A stretch of DNA of 63,914 nt, filler included, from Phoronis australis (taxonomy: Eukaryota; Animalia; Phoronida): NCBI GenBank assembly GCA_002633005.1. It is 7 parts of 7 records of this genome, joined end to end, with 100 filler letters (N's around TTAATTAATTAA, not from the genome) between each part and the next. Parts side by side here need not be neighbours in the genome. Positions count along the whole stretch, not along the records: positions 61,299 to 63,914 come from NMRA01003551.1; 6 more parts are not named here. One strand, written 5' to 3'. The number at the start of each line of letters is the position of its first letter. The first letter of the stretch is position 1. The translations under genes were made by a program, and so were the position numbers. Shown here piece by piece: positions 63,238-63,914 of the stretch. The notes under the pieces were generated by a model that was not told the DNA's origin, did no database searches, and was given only the letters and a program-made list of their open reading frames with translations.

Positions 63238-63914
63238 CTGAAACAATGAGATACATTAACAATAGTTACATAAAATTGAGAAGGGGGGGAAAAACAGTAT
63301 TACAACATAAAAGAGTGGAGAATAATGTAACTGTTAGTGCTGCCATCTAAAGCAACAAAAACAAAGAGAGACATGCAACAAAGTGTCAAACTTATTGGTG
63401 TTAAGCCTCTATTTTACAAAAATTTTAAAACACGACTCTCTATAGTACTACAAATTTGCATGGTAGAAAAATAGTTGGGTTCATTAAGTTGATATTCCTT
63501 AAAAACACATCGTCTTCATAAAACTAGACATCCTCACATAGCCATAAAACATCAGGCACGTATTTCAGACATGCAAATTGAAAGACAGGACAACACTGAC
63601 GTTCATCTAGTACAAATTACTTTTATACTTCTCTTTTCCTGGCAAGAGCAAAAAAAAACAATAAAATTAACAAAGAATAAGAATAATGACTGAGAAACAT
63701 AAAAAAACAGATGCGACATTTTCATTGTTGCTCAGTTAGCACAAAAACCCTAATGATGAGTAAGGTAAATCTGACTAGTTAAAAAATCTTGAAAAACATT
63801 GTTGGTCCAGTCTCTTTTTTCAAACATAGAATTCCAAGCTTGAAAAACCTTTTCTCTTCAGTTGGCGACCATTGCTTCACAAGCTTGAATAACATTACTA
63901 CTATCTTTATAAAA

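Overview
Eukaryotic, AT-rich, intron-rich genomic DNA from an invertebrate-type animal. It consists of seven contigs joined by six identical artificial 100-nt spacers (44 N + TTAATTAATTAA + 44 N), so adjacency across the spacers is unproven. Contig 1 (1-26982) carries the 5'-incomplete, + strand gene for an AFAP1/AFAP-110-family adaptor. It has PxxP tracts, an SYESYDE motif, two PH domains and a C-terminal coiled coil, plus a candidate 33-nt microexon and two candidate terminal exons. Contig 2 (27083-46465) carries a complete 15-exon, - strand NRF-6/OACYL-family membrane O-acyltransferase gene (739 aa by my exon assembly). The small contigs carry fragments of MAD2L1BP (p31comet), PPP4R2 and a ryanodine receptor, and a decayed L1/Tx1-type LINE. 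Introns hold many MITEs, including CAG-ended elements with 5-bp target duplications, minisatellites, and a degenerate tandem array carrying CTCF-like motifs. Two apparent tandem duplications are split by a single N and look like assembly artefacts. All gene models were assembled by eye from splice signals and reading phase, and family assignments rest on recalled motifs, not database searches. I found no CRISPR, tRNA or rRNA, and no clearly new biological system; the best leads are splicing oddities and the repeat architecture.
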